Shown here: piece after piece, positions 39,761 through 55,078 of the stretch
How positions within the stretch are numbered: the stretch's first letter is position 1
Layout: each line of letters starts with the position of its first letter
DNA from: Camelus dromedarius
Taxonomy: Eukaryota
NCBI RefSeq assembly: GCF_036321535.1
Contig: NC_087447.1
Location: 41,914,001-41,978,000 of the forward strand
Reading direction: 5' to 3'
Length of the DNA: 64,000 bases
The notes under the pieces: generated by a model
The model's input: the letters and a program-made list of their open reading frames with translations, nothing else
Databases searched by the model: none
Told to the model about the DNA's origin: nothing
Program-made: the position numbers and the translations under genes

Positions 39761-42199
39761 ACATTAATGTCTTAGGGTACTGCTGTTAGAGTTTTTTGCA
39801 GGACATATTTATCTTTTCAAACCTATTTCAAAGGATTTCTTTCTCAGGAATTCTAACTTAAAATCTAACATAAAAATGTAATCTTGTAACAAGCACTTTG
39901 TAGTTTGAGCAAATTGGCAAGATAGGAAATGATTCACCTTACTGGAAATACATTCTTAATTTAGAGTATAGGAGACTAGTTTATTGTAGCAAAAATTGAA
40001 AGCAACCTAAATGTTACCATTTGGTTATTGACTAATCCAATTATGATACAACTCTTCTTTGGAATACTGTTCAGCTAAATAGAAGGACAGGTCTGTAATA
40101 TGTAATCATATTAAAAACATTTTATGTATTGCCAGGTGGGCAAAAAGGAGGTTATATAAAGTGGATATAATGTAATTCTATTTTTAACCTAAAATTACAA
40201 GTATGTTGTGTGTATATCATAGTAAAAATCTGGAAGGATATTTATGCTAAGTCCTTAATAATGGTTATCTCTGGCATTTAAATTAGAAGAGTTTTGACTT
40301 CTATTTAAACTTCTCGCTGCTTGAAACACACGCATGCATAATTAAATTATATAAAACATATAACAAGCATATTTTATAATTTTAAAAAGATTCTTATTTT
40401 TGTAGAAAGGAAATTATCAACTTTTATGAGAAGAATAAAACATAATTAATTTGCCCTAAAAAAGGTCACATCTTTTGTTACTTTGTTACAGTTACTTTGG
40501 TAACTGTCATTATAGAGAACAAAGGAATTTGATTAACAGATCAAGGTTACCAGAAGCCTTAGCTAATTTCCTGATCCCCTATAACTGATGATAAAACTAC
40601 AGAAACTGTTTTAGGAAGCTTTTTTCAGTTAGTGCTTTATGTGCTGTTGTTAATTGAAGAACTAAGTTATAACTCTTTCTTTAAACTTAATTTTAGCATA
40701 TACTAATTAGTAATTACTTATAGAATAGCCAGGTACCCATTGACTACAAATATTTTTTTCATCTAAATAATCGTATTCCAGGGAGGGAAAGTATGGATTT
40801 TTTTTTTCTGCTTTCAAATACACCTGCACTGATGAGCACTTAGTATTTTATAATTTAGTATTTCATAATTACATAAAAATAGATCCTGTCTTCATTCCAG
40901 CATACACTGTTGTTGAACATTGTGGAGAGTCTCTTTCCAGTTATAAATAGGTTCACATGTGATACTCTTATTTTAATGGGTTATTTATTACCAACTTGGG
41001 GTTTATTAATATTTATATTCTTGTTGCAACAGTGTTACTTGTGGGGATTTAATGTGACATTCTGAACATTTTTTACAAAAGCCTAGCTTCAAGACAGAAA
41101 GGCCAAACATCTGTGTTGGTGTTTTAAGATAGAAACACTAAATGAACTAATTTTTAGGTAGTGATTCAAAAACTTTAGTAATTTCTGCTTTTCGTGATCT
41201 TGAAGTTATTCTGTCTTTCCTGTCCTCAAGAGAAAATTAAATGGAACATGAGTACTGCCAAGGGGTTCTTTTGTTTATCAGGTTCTTTTAGTGCCAAGAC
41301 AATTTTTTAAAGGACTGGCTTATAGAGATTATAGATTATTCCTATATATCTTTTCATCTCAAATAACTGATCATATTTTAGTATTTTTTTATAACTGAGA
41401 TTACTGTAAATCTCTTCAAAAATATGGCCTTAACTCTACATTTTAGCAGATATATGATTTTTATGTGTCAAGATCTTAGGTAGGATCTTTTCACAGTAAA
41501 TTATAATTTAAAAACCCAGTGAAGTCCTCCATTTCCAGCATTATAATAAACTGCTTGCTGTGAGGGACCCTGTCACTAACATAGAAATAGATCTTAGAAA
41601 TTTGGAAAAAAAACCCCATGATTTTGATATATTGTTTTTCCCAAGAAAAAGAGGAAATCTCTACTCTAAAGAAAAGGACAAATAGGGAAACCCAAATTCT
41701 GAGCAATTAGCAGTTGGGGAAACCAGATTTGTGAGCACAGTTGAGCCTTGGCTTCTGTAAGGAGAGCTAGTTGAACCTGAGTTTTACATCAGGGTAAGAC
41801 AACAGAAGAGGAATAAAATAATACCTATTCAGTGGCATGCCCCTCACCCTTGCCTCTAGAAGAAACAATTATAAATCCTTTCTGGAATAATGCAGCCCCA
41901 ATTTAGGCAGTCAGGATTTCCACAGTTAAAATTCAGTTAAGGTACGAACTCACAATTTTACCATGACCAAATACAAAGGAAATGAGCCAGTATGAAATAG
42001 TGTCAACAGAAACAACCAACAATAGATTGAGACCACCAAAGTCTTTGTATATTGGAATTATCCATTTTGAATATGTAACAATTAAAACATTTAAATAAAT
42101 AAGTGATTGAATACAAAATAAGCAAATAACAAGAGACTAACAGAAATGACCAGGTAAATTTAGATTATATAGTCAGTAAAGTAAAAACTCAAAGGATGT

Positions 42200-42980
42200 G
42201 GAAGACCCAATATCATTAAGATGTCACTTCTCCACGAATCAATCTGTAGGTTGACTGCAATCCCAATAAAAATTGCAGCAGACTTTTTAATGGAAATTGA
42301 CAGGATGTTTCTAAAATTTATGGGGAAATGCAGAGGACTAAAATGGCCAAAGCAATCTTGAAAAAGAACAAAATTGGACTACATATACTACCTGATTTCA
42401 AGACTTGCTATCAACCCATAGTAATCAAGACAGAGTGGTACTGACATAGTATCAAATAAATCAGTGGAAAAGAGCTCCCAGAAATAGACCCATGTTTATG
42501 GGATTTTTGACAAAGGCGCCAGAGCAATCCAAAAAGGAGACGAAAGTGTTTTTCCACAATTAGTGCTGAAATAACTGAGTATCTATGTGGAGGAAAGTGA
42601 ATCTCGACCTCTACCTCACACCAAACACAGGGTTAATCTGAGGTAGAGCAAAGACATAAACATAAAATACAAACCATAAAGCTTTCAAGGGGAAGCATGG
42701 AATAGTTTCATGACTTGGGAATGGTAACAGTTTCTTATGTCACAAAAAGTGATAACCAAAAAAGAAAAAAATGATTATTTTACTTCATCAAAATTAAAAT
42801 ACATACTCATCAGAAGACATCATTAAGGAAATGAATAGTCAACAGTAAGAAAAAATATTTCCAAAATATATGTGACAAAGAACTGTTGTCATGTTTATAT
42901 AAAGAATTCCTAAAGCTTAGTAAGAAGAAGCGAAACCGATTTTTGAAAATGGACATTTGAACAGACACTTCACAAAATAA
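42200..42980 (+). mobile_element. Old L1 ORF2 fragment
   Basis: aatggccaaagcaatcttgaaaaagaacaaaattgga..cctgatttcaagactt; ccagaaatagaccca; gaacagacacttcacaaaa. Confidence 0.75.
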
Positions 42981-44299
42981 GAATCAGTCCAAACTGCAGA
43001 ACTGCAAAGGCTCAGGAATTAGAGACATCAAGTTATCTATGAAAGCAGGAGATTAAGATGAAGCTAAAACATTAAAAAGAGGATTGGTTGAAAGTTTCCC
43101 TGAGAGTTTGAGTGCTCTCCCAGATCTTTTCCAATACCATGTAAACAGCCAGCTGCCTCTCCCTTACCATGGCAGAAGATTAGAGGTTTGTTTGTGTATT
43201 TATTTTTGAGAGAGAGAAAGACAAACTGACATACAGAATGTGAGCTGGTCAGGGAGACACTAGGTCTGGCTGAGGGAAATTTTTTTGCTGCAAACAGGAG
43301 AGTTAAATGAGTGCCAGATATTGAGAATACCAGCTGATGACTTTCCCCCTTCAGCCCTAGAACTCTGGCAGCCTTCCCTCAAGGCGAGGCATTGGAAGAC
43401 AGCTCTCTGACAGATGTAACTAGCCAAAGAGAAAACGATTTTACTAAAAATACTGAAATCGGAGTTTCTTAACAGAACAGCTCAAGCAGTCCATGCTGTC
43501 ATGAAGCTCTCTATCAACAAGCTTCATCCTGTACACGTTTTTTTTTCTTTCGTCGTCGTTTGGTTTAACACTTGTGGGGGATGGCCTAAGCAGAAGGGAT
43601 CAGTTAAAAGAGTCAGTTCTTACTCCCCACTATTGTTCCTCAACTCTGCTTTCATTCTCCACTCCTCTAGTCAGCGTCCATAATTATCTTGTCCTTTTCC
43701 TTATTGGGTTCCTGTCTCCCTCTTACTGCCTCGAACAAACCCCAGCTTTCTTTTGATTCTGAAACTGGGTCGTCCACAATCACTACTACCCTCTGGAAGT
43801 AGGCTCAAAGAAATTAATTTTCTCAGATTACACAGTTCATAAATTAGATATGACTTCTAAATCCACTTTTTTTTTAAACTTTGTGCCTTTAACTCACTGA
43901 CACTGTGTTCTTCAAAAACTGTGGCAGTAGGTTAAATTTAAGTTAAATTGGGAATTTAGATTCTAGAGACTTGGGGATTTTTTTTTTAAATAACAATTGC
44001 TGTTGAAAAACTCCAACCTTAAGTAAATGAAAACAGACCTTGTTTTTATTGTTCATCATTGTATACCCAACATCCAGTATAATACCAGTATAATACATAG
44101 AAAGTATCCAGATATTATTTGTATACATGAATGGTTACATAATTTCATGGAAGTAGTGATTATTGAAATGAGTCTTCTTCTCTAAATTACTTCTTAAGGA
44201 ACCAACTTGGTTGTTAACAACTTTGACTTTCAGGAGAAAATTCATTAAGAAATTAGCTATTCTAACAGCTGTAAGTTTTAGGCCAAATCTTTGGCTGCC

Positions 44300-46680
44300 A
44301 CCACTCAGCCAATGAGAATTCATTGATAAATCTAATGGAAACTCTTCAGTTCTTATTTGGCATATGGTAGATTTGATGAAGACCACTGACACTTCTGTGC
44401 AAAATCCTCTTCCCTTATCTTTGATAATACCATTTCTGCTGATTTTCTACTTGTTTTGAATCTCTTTTTCAGTAATTTTGATAGGACTTCCTTTCCCCTA
44501 TCCTGCAAATGGTGATGTTTATTTGCATCTTTAGATCTTCTCCCAGTCTAAGACTCTCCCTAGGCAATCTTTCTCATCCCCATTATTGTCTTTTACTTAA
44601 GCCTTACAAACCTACCTCCAGAACTGAATATCTTGCTGGTTACTGTCCATCTTTACTTGAATATCCCAAAGCCATTTAGATGTTATGTTTCAAACTGAAA
44701 TAATCGCCTTTATCCCCATTTCCAGCCACCATCCACAACCTCTTCCTCCTGAGTTTCCTAGTTCAACAAATGGCACCAAATGAGCCCAAAACTTGAGATC
44801 AGTGTCTTTTTCTTAGCCTTATCCTCATGTCTGATCGACCACTGAGTCCTATAGATTCTGCTTCCTATATGTCTCTCAATTCCCAGATTCTTTTCTCTAT
44901 CCTTAAATTCCAATATCCTGATTTAAGTCACCAACATTTCCTACCTCTGTTACTGTACCAATGTCTTTTTTTAAATATATTTTTATTGAAGTATAGTCAG
45001 TTTACAATGTGTCAATTTCTGGTGTGCAGCAAAATGCTTCAGTCATATAGGAACATACATACATTCATTCTCATATTTTTCACCATAAGTTATAAGATAC
45101 TGAATATAGTTCCTTGTGCTATATAGCATAAACTTATCTGTTTTATATATAGTAGTTAGTATCTGCAAATCTCAAACTCCCAGTTTATCTCCCTGCCCCC
45201 AGTAACCATAAGTTTGTTTTCTATGTCTGCAAGTCTGTTTCTGTTTTGTAAATAAGTTCATTTGCCTTTTTTTTTTTTTAAGATTCCACATAAAAGTGAT
45301 ATCATATGGTATTTTTCTTTCTCTTTCTGGCTTACTTCACTTAGAATGACATTCTCCAGGGACATCCAGGTTGCTGCAAATGGCATTATTATATTATTTT
45401 TATGGCTGAGTAGTATTCCATCATATAAATATACCACAGCTTTATCCAGTCATTTGTCGATGGACATTTAGGTTGTTTTGGTGTCCTGGCTACTGTAAAT
45501 AGTGCTGCTATGAACATTGGGGTGCATGTATCTTTTGAATTAAGGTTTCCTCTGGATATATGCCCAGGAGTGGGATTGCTGGATCATATGGTAAGTCTAT
45601 TTTTAATCTTTTGAGGAATCTCCATACTGTTTTCCATAACGGCTGCATCAAACTATATTCCCACCTACAGTGTAGGAGGGTTCCCTTTTTCTCCACAGCC
45701 TCTCCAGCATTTGTCATTTGTGGACTTTTGAAAGATGGCCATTCTGACTGGTGTGAGGTGATACTGCATTGTAGTTTTGATTTGCATTTCTCTGATAATT
45801 AGTGATACTGAGCATTTTTTCATGTGCCTATTGGCCATTTGTATGTCTTCCTTGGAGAATTGCTTGTTTAGGTCTTCTGCCCATTGTTGGATTGGGTTTT
45901 TTTTTTTCTTGGTAAGCTGTTTATGTATTCTGGAAATTAAGCCCTGGCAGTCTTATCTTTTGCAAATATTTTCTCCTGTCCCATAGGTTGTCTTTTTGTT
46001 TTGCTTATGATTTTCTTTGCTGTGCAAAATCTTATAAATTTAATTAGGTCCCATTTGTTTATTTTTGCTTTTATTTCTGTTGCCTGGGTAGACTGCCCTA
46101 GGAGAACATTGCTGAGATTTATCTGCATCAACTTCTTAACTGGTCTCCCCACATCCTTCCTGACTCATCCCCTCACTATACCTGTTTCTTTGCTTTACTA
46201 AAGTGGTATTTCTACAGTCTTGTCACTTTCCAACTTAAAATCCTTCCCCTTTGCCCTCAGAGTAAATTCTAATCATATCTTGGCTCCTTCCTACCTCTAT
46301 AGCTTCATTTTTCACTGATGTCAACCTCTGGTCTTTGTACACCTATTGCCTTAGTTTGGAACACTATTTCTGTCTACTCCCTACTCCCTCAATTGTCCAT
46401 TTCACCTAACTAACTCCTAGTCATCCTTTACTCTCAGTTTAGATGTCACTTTCTCCTCGAAGTTTTCTTTGGCCCATCAGTTGTGGATTGGTAGCTTCTT
46501 TGTGCTTCTTTGTGCTTCCACTGTGTCCTGCACTCCTCTCATCCTATCCACTGTGACCCTGCAGTAGTGCTTATGACATATAATTAAATTGCCTGTTGAC
46601 TTACCTGTATTTCCCATTATGTCTAGCGTGAAATAGTCTCTTAATAAAAACTGAATGGATGAATAAGTGAATATGTGAAT
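44300..46680 (+). mobile_element. L2 LINE fragment, split by a younger L1
   Basis: Pyrimidine-rich sense L2 motifs (aaatctaatggaaactcttcagttctt; ctcctagtcatcctttactctcagtttagatgtcacttt) ending in a tgaat-type tail. Confidence 0.7.
44966..46121 (-). mobile_element. 5'-truncated L1 (copy E) inserted in L2
   Basis: Minus-strand [25 protein letters not shown]; same 3'UTR type as copy A. Possible decayed TSD ctgtaccaatgtctt / ctgcatcaacttctt. Confidence 0.9.
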
Positions 46681-48501
46681 GTAATGTAAGCAGCTGCTTA
46701 CCTTATCTGGTTAGAGCTTCAGTTCTGCATAGTCACTCTCCCAATAGATAGTACTGTCATTGATATGTTTAAAGCACAAGTGTTTATGTCTGTTGCATTA
46801 GAATCACCAGGGATGAAGCATCTGTTGTTGTTTTTTTTAAGTTCCATAGGTAAATTTGACATGTAGCTAGAGTTGAAAAATCAGTGTCCTGTTACCATTT
46901 TTTAAATTTCTCTTAAAATTTTAAAATGTGCATTTCTGGACCCCATCATCAGAGATTCTGACTTGGTAAATCTGGGAAGGGATAGATTGGAGCTAACATG
47001 TAAAACTTTTCAACAGCAGAAAGTATAGCTCTATAGATATGCAATTCCTGTTGCATAGAGTATTCTATCAAATACACTTTAGTCATTTTCAGGAGAGCTG
47101 AAAAAGGATTCCTACATTGTCAGAGGAGTTGAACTGGATACCCTCAAGTTTCCTCTTACCTCTGAATACTATTATCTTGGACACTTTTTCACCCTTACTT
47201 AGTAGGAGCAATCCTGGCCCTCTCCAGTTCATAACACATTGACATCTTTGGTCCATGCAAAGTCCCATTCTTGTGTTTTATAGTCATTTATTTTTATCAC
47301 CATTATGCTCCCAATCTCCCTCAATCATTTTGATGTGTTTAATATATTATTTTCAATGCAGATGTTCTTAAAAAAAGTATTATTTAGTGCATATGTATTT
47401 TTAATATATGTAAATTGTGTTACATTATTCATTGTTTCTTTTTTCAATCAGCATTATATTTTTAATATTTTTTGAGGCTAGTGTAAGTCTGATTCTAAAG
47501 CCAAATTAAATACAATAGAGAGAAAGAAAAAAAAAGTAAGGCCCATTTTTCATATCAGTGTAAGTGCAGAACTCCTAAACAAAATATTGGTTAATTGATT
47601 CTAGCAGTACATTTAAAAAAAAAAAAAACCCATACCATCATGATATAGTGGAATTGATCCTTGGGTTCTTATAGTGTAATTCACCACATTAGTACATTAA
47701 AGGACAAAAATTACGATTATCTTAATCAATGCAGAGAAGGCATTTAATAAACTTCAGTATGTCTTTGTGTAAAAGTTCTTAGCAAACTGTTGTTGGAGAA
47801 AAGCTTCCAAATCTGGTAAAACCTACATATCAAAGACCTACAGTGAACATTATAGTTAATGAAGAAATTGTATGTGTTCCTTTTAAGATTGTAGCAGGAT
47901 AAAGATGCTTGCTATTATTGCTGCTGTTAACAATGTGTCAGATCATTCTGTTGTACACCTAAAACTAATATGATGTTATATGTCAGTTATTTCTCAATTA
48001 AAAATATAAAGGGAAAATGAGAGCTAAAGATAAGAAGAGAAAGAGAAAACTTTCATTTTTTTCAGGTGTTATGATTCTCTGCCTAGAAAAAGTGCCACAA
48101 TGACAAATTATTTTAACTAATAAGATGATTCAGTTAGATTATTGAGTGTAAGACCGATGTACAAAAATCAGTAACATTTCTTTTTCCCAGCAAAAATCAA
48201 CTAACAAGTAAAAAGTTGTTTTAAATTCTCCCTTTCTGTCCCCTTCCTTCCTTTGTCCTATGTCTAAGCACTGTTGGGCAGGCTCAGGCAGGTGCTGAGT
48301 CCCATACTTGGAAACACAGAGTCTAGGTGAATTGGTATTGATGGCCCAGTGGAATCAGAGTACTGTTTACAATCAGAAGACTGAGCAAATAAATGTATTG
48401 AGGATAATTTTAGTCAGGTTTTTCACTGATGAAGAAGAAAGTACAAATATGGAAAATGTGGAAATGTGTGTGTATGTCTGTGTATTGAGGGATTGCGGTG
48501 G

Positions 48502-48503
<2 letters not shown>

Positions 48504-48547
<44 letters not shown>
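48504..48547. repeat. (GT)n microsatellite, about 22 units
   Basis: Uninterrupted GT run read directly. Confidence 0.95.
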
Positions 48548-48549
<2 letters not shown>

Positions 48550-48774
48550 TTCATAGCTCTGTTTATTGAGAAGGCCAGGCAGCAGAGACACCCCAGTAAC
48601 AGTGAACACAGCTAGTATCCAGATCTTGGTTTCTAAATACCAGTCTCCATTAAAAGGAAGAAAAGAGTCCTTGAAGAAATGACTAGGGCCAGGACTAGAG
48701 CAAGGAAAATATAAGAAAGGCTTTATATTCCAGAAAGTACAGAAGTGCTCAAAGAATGATTGAGCTCTAGTGGG

Positions 48775-49612
48775 ATTTTTTTATTGTGGTAAAATACACA
48801 TTGTATTAAATTTGCCATTTTAACCCTTTAAAAGTATACAGGTTACTGGCATTAAGTACATTCCCATTGTTATGCAAAAACATCACTACTATCCATCTCC
48901 AGAACTTTTTCCATCTTCCCAAACTGAAACTCTGTGCCAGTTAAACAATAACTCCCACTTCTCTCTGCCTCCCTAGCCCATGGCAACTATCATTCTGCTG
49001 TCTCTCTATATGAATTTGTCTACTCTAAGTACTTCGTATAAGAGAAATCATACAGTATTTGTCTTCCTGTGACTGGGTTGTTTCACTTAGCATGTCCTCA
49101 AGGTTCATCCTTGTTGTAGCATGTATCAGAATTTCCTTCCTTTTTAAGACTAAGTCATATTCCATTGTATGTGTATAACACATTTTGCTTAACCATTTAC
49201 TTGTCAACAGGCATCTTAGTTTGCTTCTGCCTTTTCACTATTGCAAATAATGCTGCAGTGAATGTGAGTATACAAGTTCTCATCAAGTCTCTACTTGAAT
49301 TCTTTTAAGTATCTACCTAGAACTGGAACTGGTGGATCATATGGTGGTTCTCTTTTTAATTTTTTGAGGAACTACTGTATGATTTTACATTCCCACCATT
49401 AGTGCAGAAGCTTTCCAGTTTCTCCACATCCTCACCAATACTTGATATTTTCTGTTCTTTTGATAGTAGCCAGTGGGTGTAAGGCAGCATCTCATTGTTG
49501 TTTTGATTTGCATTCCTTTAATGGTGGTGGTATTGTTGAGCATTTTTAATGTGCTTACTGGCCATCTATGTATCTTCTTTGGAGAAATGTCTAAGTCCTA
49601 TCCCCATTTGTA
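48775..49612 (-). mobile_element. Old L1 (L1MB-like) 3' end
   Basis: ttattgtggtaaaatacacat..aaatttgccattttaacc..ggcattaagtacattc..ccatctccagaacttttt..cccaaactgaaactctgt. Confidence 0.8.
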
Positions 49613-50974
49613 AATCATTCTAGTTGCAATTTTTTAGTAACTTGATATTATTCTTCTAAAATTTATATGTAAAAACATGAAGAACTTAGAAAAGGGAACT
49701 TTCCCTACCAGATATCAAATCATAATAGTAGAACCAGTGTTGTATTAGAACACAACCAGGCTAATAAACCAATGAAATAGAATAGAGCACATAAAGACAG
49801 ACTCAAGGGTTTATGGGAACTTAATAGGTGTCACAAATCAGTGGAAAAAGGAGAGCTTGTGTAGTAGATGCTGTTGGGAAAGCTGGATCACTATATGAAG
49901 AGAAATAAAACATTCCCAGATAGCAACATATATAAAGACTTTCTCCAGATAGATTAAACATCTAAAGGTAAGGATAAAACTTCAAAGGTAATAGAAGAAA
50001 TAAAGATGAATATTCTTGTGACCTAGGGTCAGGGAAGAAATTCTTAAAATTTAAAACATAAATATAATAATACAAAGAAAAAGCCAGATGTATTTCTTAA
50101 GTTATTGACTTTTTAATCAATGAAGGACAACAGGGATGAGGTTAATATATGGATGTTAATCAATAGGTTGTTTTACTATGTCTGAAATCAACAAGGAAAT
50201 AATATAATGTACAAAGAATTTCTGTAAGTCACCAAGAATAAAACAGTAATGCCAATGGAAAAATGAAAAAAACAGATGAACAGACTCTTTATAAAAGAGA
50301 GAATTCTAGAAGCTCTAAGGATATATGCAAATTAAAACAATAACTCTTTATACTCCTACTCAGGCTGGCAAAAATTAGAAAGTAGAATAATGTGAAGTGT
50401 TGGTAGGGATGTGGCAATATAGGAATCCTCATATATTGCTGGTGAGAGGAAAGGTACAGAGGTACAGTCATTTTGAAGAGCAATCAGGTGGTACTTAGTC
50501 AACAGTAATATGCATACCATATGACCCAGCATTTGGGCAGGGGGGTGCATGGCACGAGGGAGGGAGTGGGGGAGGGAAGGAGAGATGGAGGAGGACAGAG
50601 GGGAGGAAGAGGGAGGAGATAGAGATCTCTCTCAACTCTGCAGCTACAAGATCTTACTTGATTTATCTTTTAGGGTAGTCACAGAAAATTTCTGGTCCCT
50701 TACCTGAACCTTGTGATTAACATCCAGAGCTTATTATGATCTCCCTCCAAATTCTCTAGTGCACTTTGATACAATGGACTAGCCTCATTGTTCCCCTTAT
50801 TTGAACTAAAATATTTATGGCAACAATTACTTGGTTATCTGTAGGCACTTGATTATGGTTGTCTATAGGTATTAATTTAAGTAACTGTTTTGCCACTGAG
50901 TGCCAGGGACTACCATTTTCCCAGTAACCACTGGGAAAAGATTTATTAATGCTTTTTGTTTTTAATAATTACTT

Positions 50975-51300
50975 TTATTAATACTTTATTTTTTAAGGAC
51001 AGTTTTACGAACCCAGTAAAATTGAGGGGATGGTATAGAGATTTTCCATACATCCCCTGTGCCCACACATGCATCGCCTCCCCATATCAGCATTTCTCAC
51101 CAGTGTGGTACATTTGTTATAATCAATGAACCTGAATTGACACATCATATTCACCAGAGTCCATAGTTTACACTGTGGTTCACTCTTGGTGCTGCACATT
51201 CATTGGGTGTGTACAAATGTATAATGAGATGAATCCATCATTATGGTATTATACAGAGTATTTTCACTATCCTCAAAATCTTTTACCTGTTCACCCCCCT
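50975..51300 (-). mobile_element. L1MC-like 3' end fragment
   Basis: aaaattgagggga..tatagagattttccata..ggtacatttgttataatcaatgaacct..gtccatagtttacac. Confidence 0.7.
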
Positions 51301-51859
51301 CCCCCCAATTATTATGCTTTTGAATCTAATCAAATCAAAGAACCAACTCCAGATTTCCATCCTTAGGTTGCTTTTTTCCTGAAACAACTTCTGATACAGG
51401 TCAGGAAAACTCTGAAGTGACACTTCATTTTCTGCAAGTTATCTCAGTTACATCTGTGTAAATGTGCAGAAAAGACCAACTATAATTTTAAAACATTCTG
51501 GGCAGTAAGATAATTGCTTTTGCAAATGGAATTTAAAATAGATTATCTTAGTTATATCAGATTTCATTGAGTGTTTACCAAACATATCTCAGGGGCTTTT
51601 AATGGAGATTTAACAGACTGCTGACAGTCACAGGTTTTACATTCTATATGTTGACTATTGGAAGACAATCCATGATACATAGTAAATTGTGTTTTTGCTG
51701 AGGCAGAAATATGAGCTGTACATGCAGTGCTAGTATGTGCTAGTGAAACACTTAGCTAGTATGTAAACTTTGTGAATTGTTATCCATTCTGCATCTCAAC
51801 TTGACCTTGTTTTCAGGTAGTCATTGTGTGACTTAACAAAATTCTGTTTGTGAAGTATA

Positions 51860-54520
51860 TAGTATTTTTGACATATGTATTGTTTAAAGAGTAACAATGA
51901 AACATAGACACATGTACTCAACGTCTAGTTTAATAAATAGAACATTAATATTCAAGTCCTTGGGAGCTCCACTCAACGGCTCCTCCTTTTCCTCCCCCTT
52001 ACAGCTACTCTCCTGAATTGGTGTCATTGATTCCTTTGCTTTTCCTCATGGTATTACCCCATATATGAACTCTTAAAATATAATTCAGTTCAGTTTTGCC
52101 TGTTTTGACCATCATGTAATTGGAATCATCCTGTTTTTTCATTGATACAAAAAGTATTTATTGAGCAACTGGTCATAATGCTCATCCATGATGATGCTTG
52201 TAGTTATGGTTTATTTATTCACTGCTGTATGAGTCCATTCTACTGTTGAAGGATATTTGGATTGTTTCATTGCCCTGGCAATGAAAACAGTGTTGTAACT
52301 GAAAACAGTGTTGTAATGACCATTTTATTCAGTGATGCACTTGTGTAAGAATTTCTCTTAAATAAACACACAGGAATGGAAATGCTGAATCAAGAGTATG
52401 TGCAACTTCAACTTTATAGATTATGACAAATTATTTTCCAAAATATCTTTACAATATCTTTAAAATACACACTTTTGCAACAGTGTATGAGAGTTTCCAT
52501 TACTTCACATCCTTGCCAACTTTTGGTATTAAAAAATTCTTAATTTTTAATTTCTGACAATCTGGTGATCATATAAAGATCATATTCATATAAATGTGTA
52601 TCATTGTAGTTATAATTTGCATTTCTTTGATAGCTAATAAAGTGGAATAATTTTTCATGTTGATTGGCTTTACATGTTTTCTGTGTAAGGAGATGCCTGT
52701 TTGCTTCTTTTGCCCTTTTTTCTTTTGAATTGTTTATCTTTTTCTCATTGATTTATAGGAATTCTTAGTGTGTTCTGAACACCAGTCTTTCATGTTGTAT
52801 CTCTTCCTAGATTGTGATTGTCTTTACCTTGTCTTTCTGACACCTTTTGATGAATGTAAGTTTGTAATTTTAATATGGTTAGCTTCATTAATCATTTTCT
52901 TTATAGTCTGAACTTTTTTATGTCTTGTACAAGATATCCTTCCCTACAATGAAGTCATAAAATATTCTCATATTCCCTTAAAAAGTTTAATAATTTTACC
53001 TTTCATATTTAAGTCCTTTATCTGAAATTGATTTTTTGTGGATTGTTTGAGGTAGAGATGTGGGGTTTTTTTTTTTCAAAGTGTATATACAATTGCCCAC
53101 AGAATTATTTATTTAATAATATATCCTTTCTCCAGTGATTTGCTATGGCCTCGTCTTCATACATTACATTTCTATAAGTATATGGGTCTATTCAGGATTT
53201 CTTTTCTGTTAATCTATTAGCCTATTTTCACAAAACCATCACATAGTCTTCATTAAAGCTTATAATAAACTTTAATCTGTGAGGCAAGTCCCCATGCTAT
53301 ATCTTCCTAAGAAATATCTTGCCTATTCTTTGCCCCTTGTTTTTCTATATAATTTTAAAATCACTTTATTGGATTCCATGAGAAACCCTATTGGGACTTT
53401 GATTAAAACTACATTGAATTCATATACTAATTTAAGGAAGAACTGACATTTTTGCAAGTCTTCCTATGCATAAACGTGGTATATTTCTTAATGTATATAG
53501 GCCTTTAATGTCTTTTAAAAACATTTCATGATATTATCCATGAAGATTTTATACATCCTTTGTTAGTTGTATTCCTGGTTACTCTTTTTGTTTTTACCGT
53601 TGTTGCTATTGTCAATGGTACCTTTCAAAATTACATATTCTGATTGCTTTTTTCTGGTAAATTTATTCATTAGTATTGCAGACTTCCTTAATTCTAATAA
53701 TTTGTCTGCATATTCTTTTTGGTTCTTTATGTTGGCAATCATATGACCCAGGAATAGTAATGCTTTTCACCTTATTTTTGAAACTTTTATACATTTTATT
53801 TATTTTTCTTATTGACTGGCAAAGATTTATAGTGTAACACTAAATAGAGGTTGATAGCACTTGTCTTTTAAAGTTTAGTTATTGAGCTTTATATTTGCTA
53901 AAAGGGTTTAATAGATGTCCTATATCAGGTTAAAAAGTCCTCTTCTATTCCTAGTTTGTTAAGGGTTTTTATCATTAATAGGTGTTGAATTTTATGAAAT
54001 GCCTTTTCTGCAGCTGTCAATTGTTTTTATGGATTGTTGGACTTGATATGTTAGGCATTTTTCCCATGATTGTTTCTGTGATTGAGATTAGCCTGTAATT
54101 CCTCATATTGTCCTTGACTCATATCGGAGCAAGGTTATACTTAGTTTCAGAATAGGACATGGCGAGTATTCCTGTTTATCTCTCTCTGATATAGTGCTTG
54201 CTAGACTGAAATAGCATGTCCCTTGAAAGTTTGTTAGAGCTCATTAGTAAAGCCATCTGAACTTAGTGTTTTCTTTGTAGGAGTACTTTAAATTTCTAAT
54301 TATAGACTACAGAAACTTTTTATTTTTCTTGAGTTTGGTAATTTTTTCTTAGGAATTTGTCTATTGTTGATTTTTTTTCCTTTTTTAGAAGAAAATTTCT
54401 TTTTTAAAATTGTTTTTGCCAGTTTTATTACTCTCCAAGCCCTTTGCCTTTGTATTTTTGTTTTCTGTTTAATTTCTGCTCTATTTATATTATTCCCTTT
54501 TGTCTACTTTTTAATTTTAT
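51860..54520 (-). mobile_element. Old degraded L1 (L1ME-like)
   Basis: Long T-rich antisense ORF2 motifs (cttctattcctagtttgttaagggtttttatcattaataggtgttgaattttatgaaatgccttttctgca). Confidence 0.7.
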
Positions 54521-54526
54521 TCTGTT

Positions 54527-55078
54527 AGAGGTTCCCAAATCTCCTGAATTCATAGTGCTTAGTATCTCAGCAATTTTTTCTTGGTGCCCCTTGAGCTGAA
54601 AGAAATACCAAACAGCTTTACTTATTAAACAGTTAGGACCAACTTAGTATGTATTTATGTCCTTGCAACTGAATAACCAGTTGAAAAAATACACATAAAT
54701 TGAAAAAATTAGTACTTTTATTTCATTTTTAAGTAACTGCGGTCATTTACTGATGGAATGTGTGCTCCTGTTAAGTACTGCTGCTCAAACCATGATTTGC
54801 ACTACCTATGTATCCTGTTCCATTTGCTTGTAGCATAGTACTTGGTTTTAAATCACAGCAACCACTGAATACCCAGGGTCACAAATAAATGTTGTTGATA
54901 GTAATGTAACACAGTCTAATTTTGAAACCATGAATTATCTCAAGCTAGTTGTTCATACAATGTCAAAAAATGTTGAAAGATGCTGTGTTTCCCCTGAACA
55001 TTATAGTTATAGCATGTCACTCCTGTGATTTCAGTGTAGCACCCAGGAGTGACTCATCCCATGGTTTAAGAACCAGGG
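54527..55078 (+). mobile_element. MER119-like hAT-Charlie DNA transposon
   Basis: Inverted ends ggttcccaaa...tttaagaacc; internal cttagtatctcagcaatttttt..aaagaaatacc..aacag matches MER119 as recalled. Confidence 0.65.

Noticed and set aside
52282..52316. 17-bp direct repeat tgaaaacagtgttgtaa
   Set aside because: Simple local tandem duplication inside an old L1; not an array.
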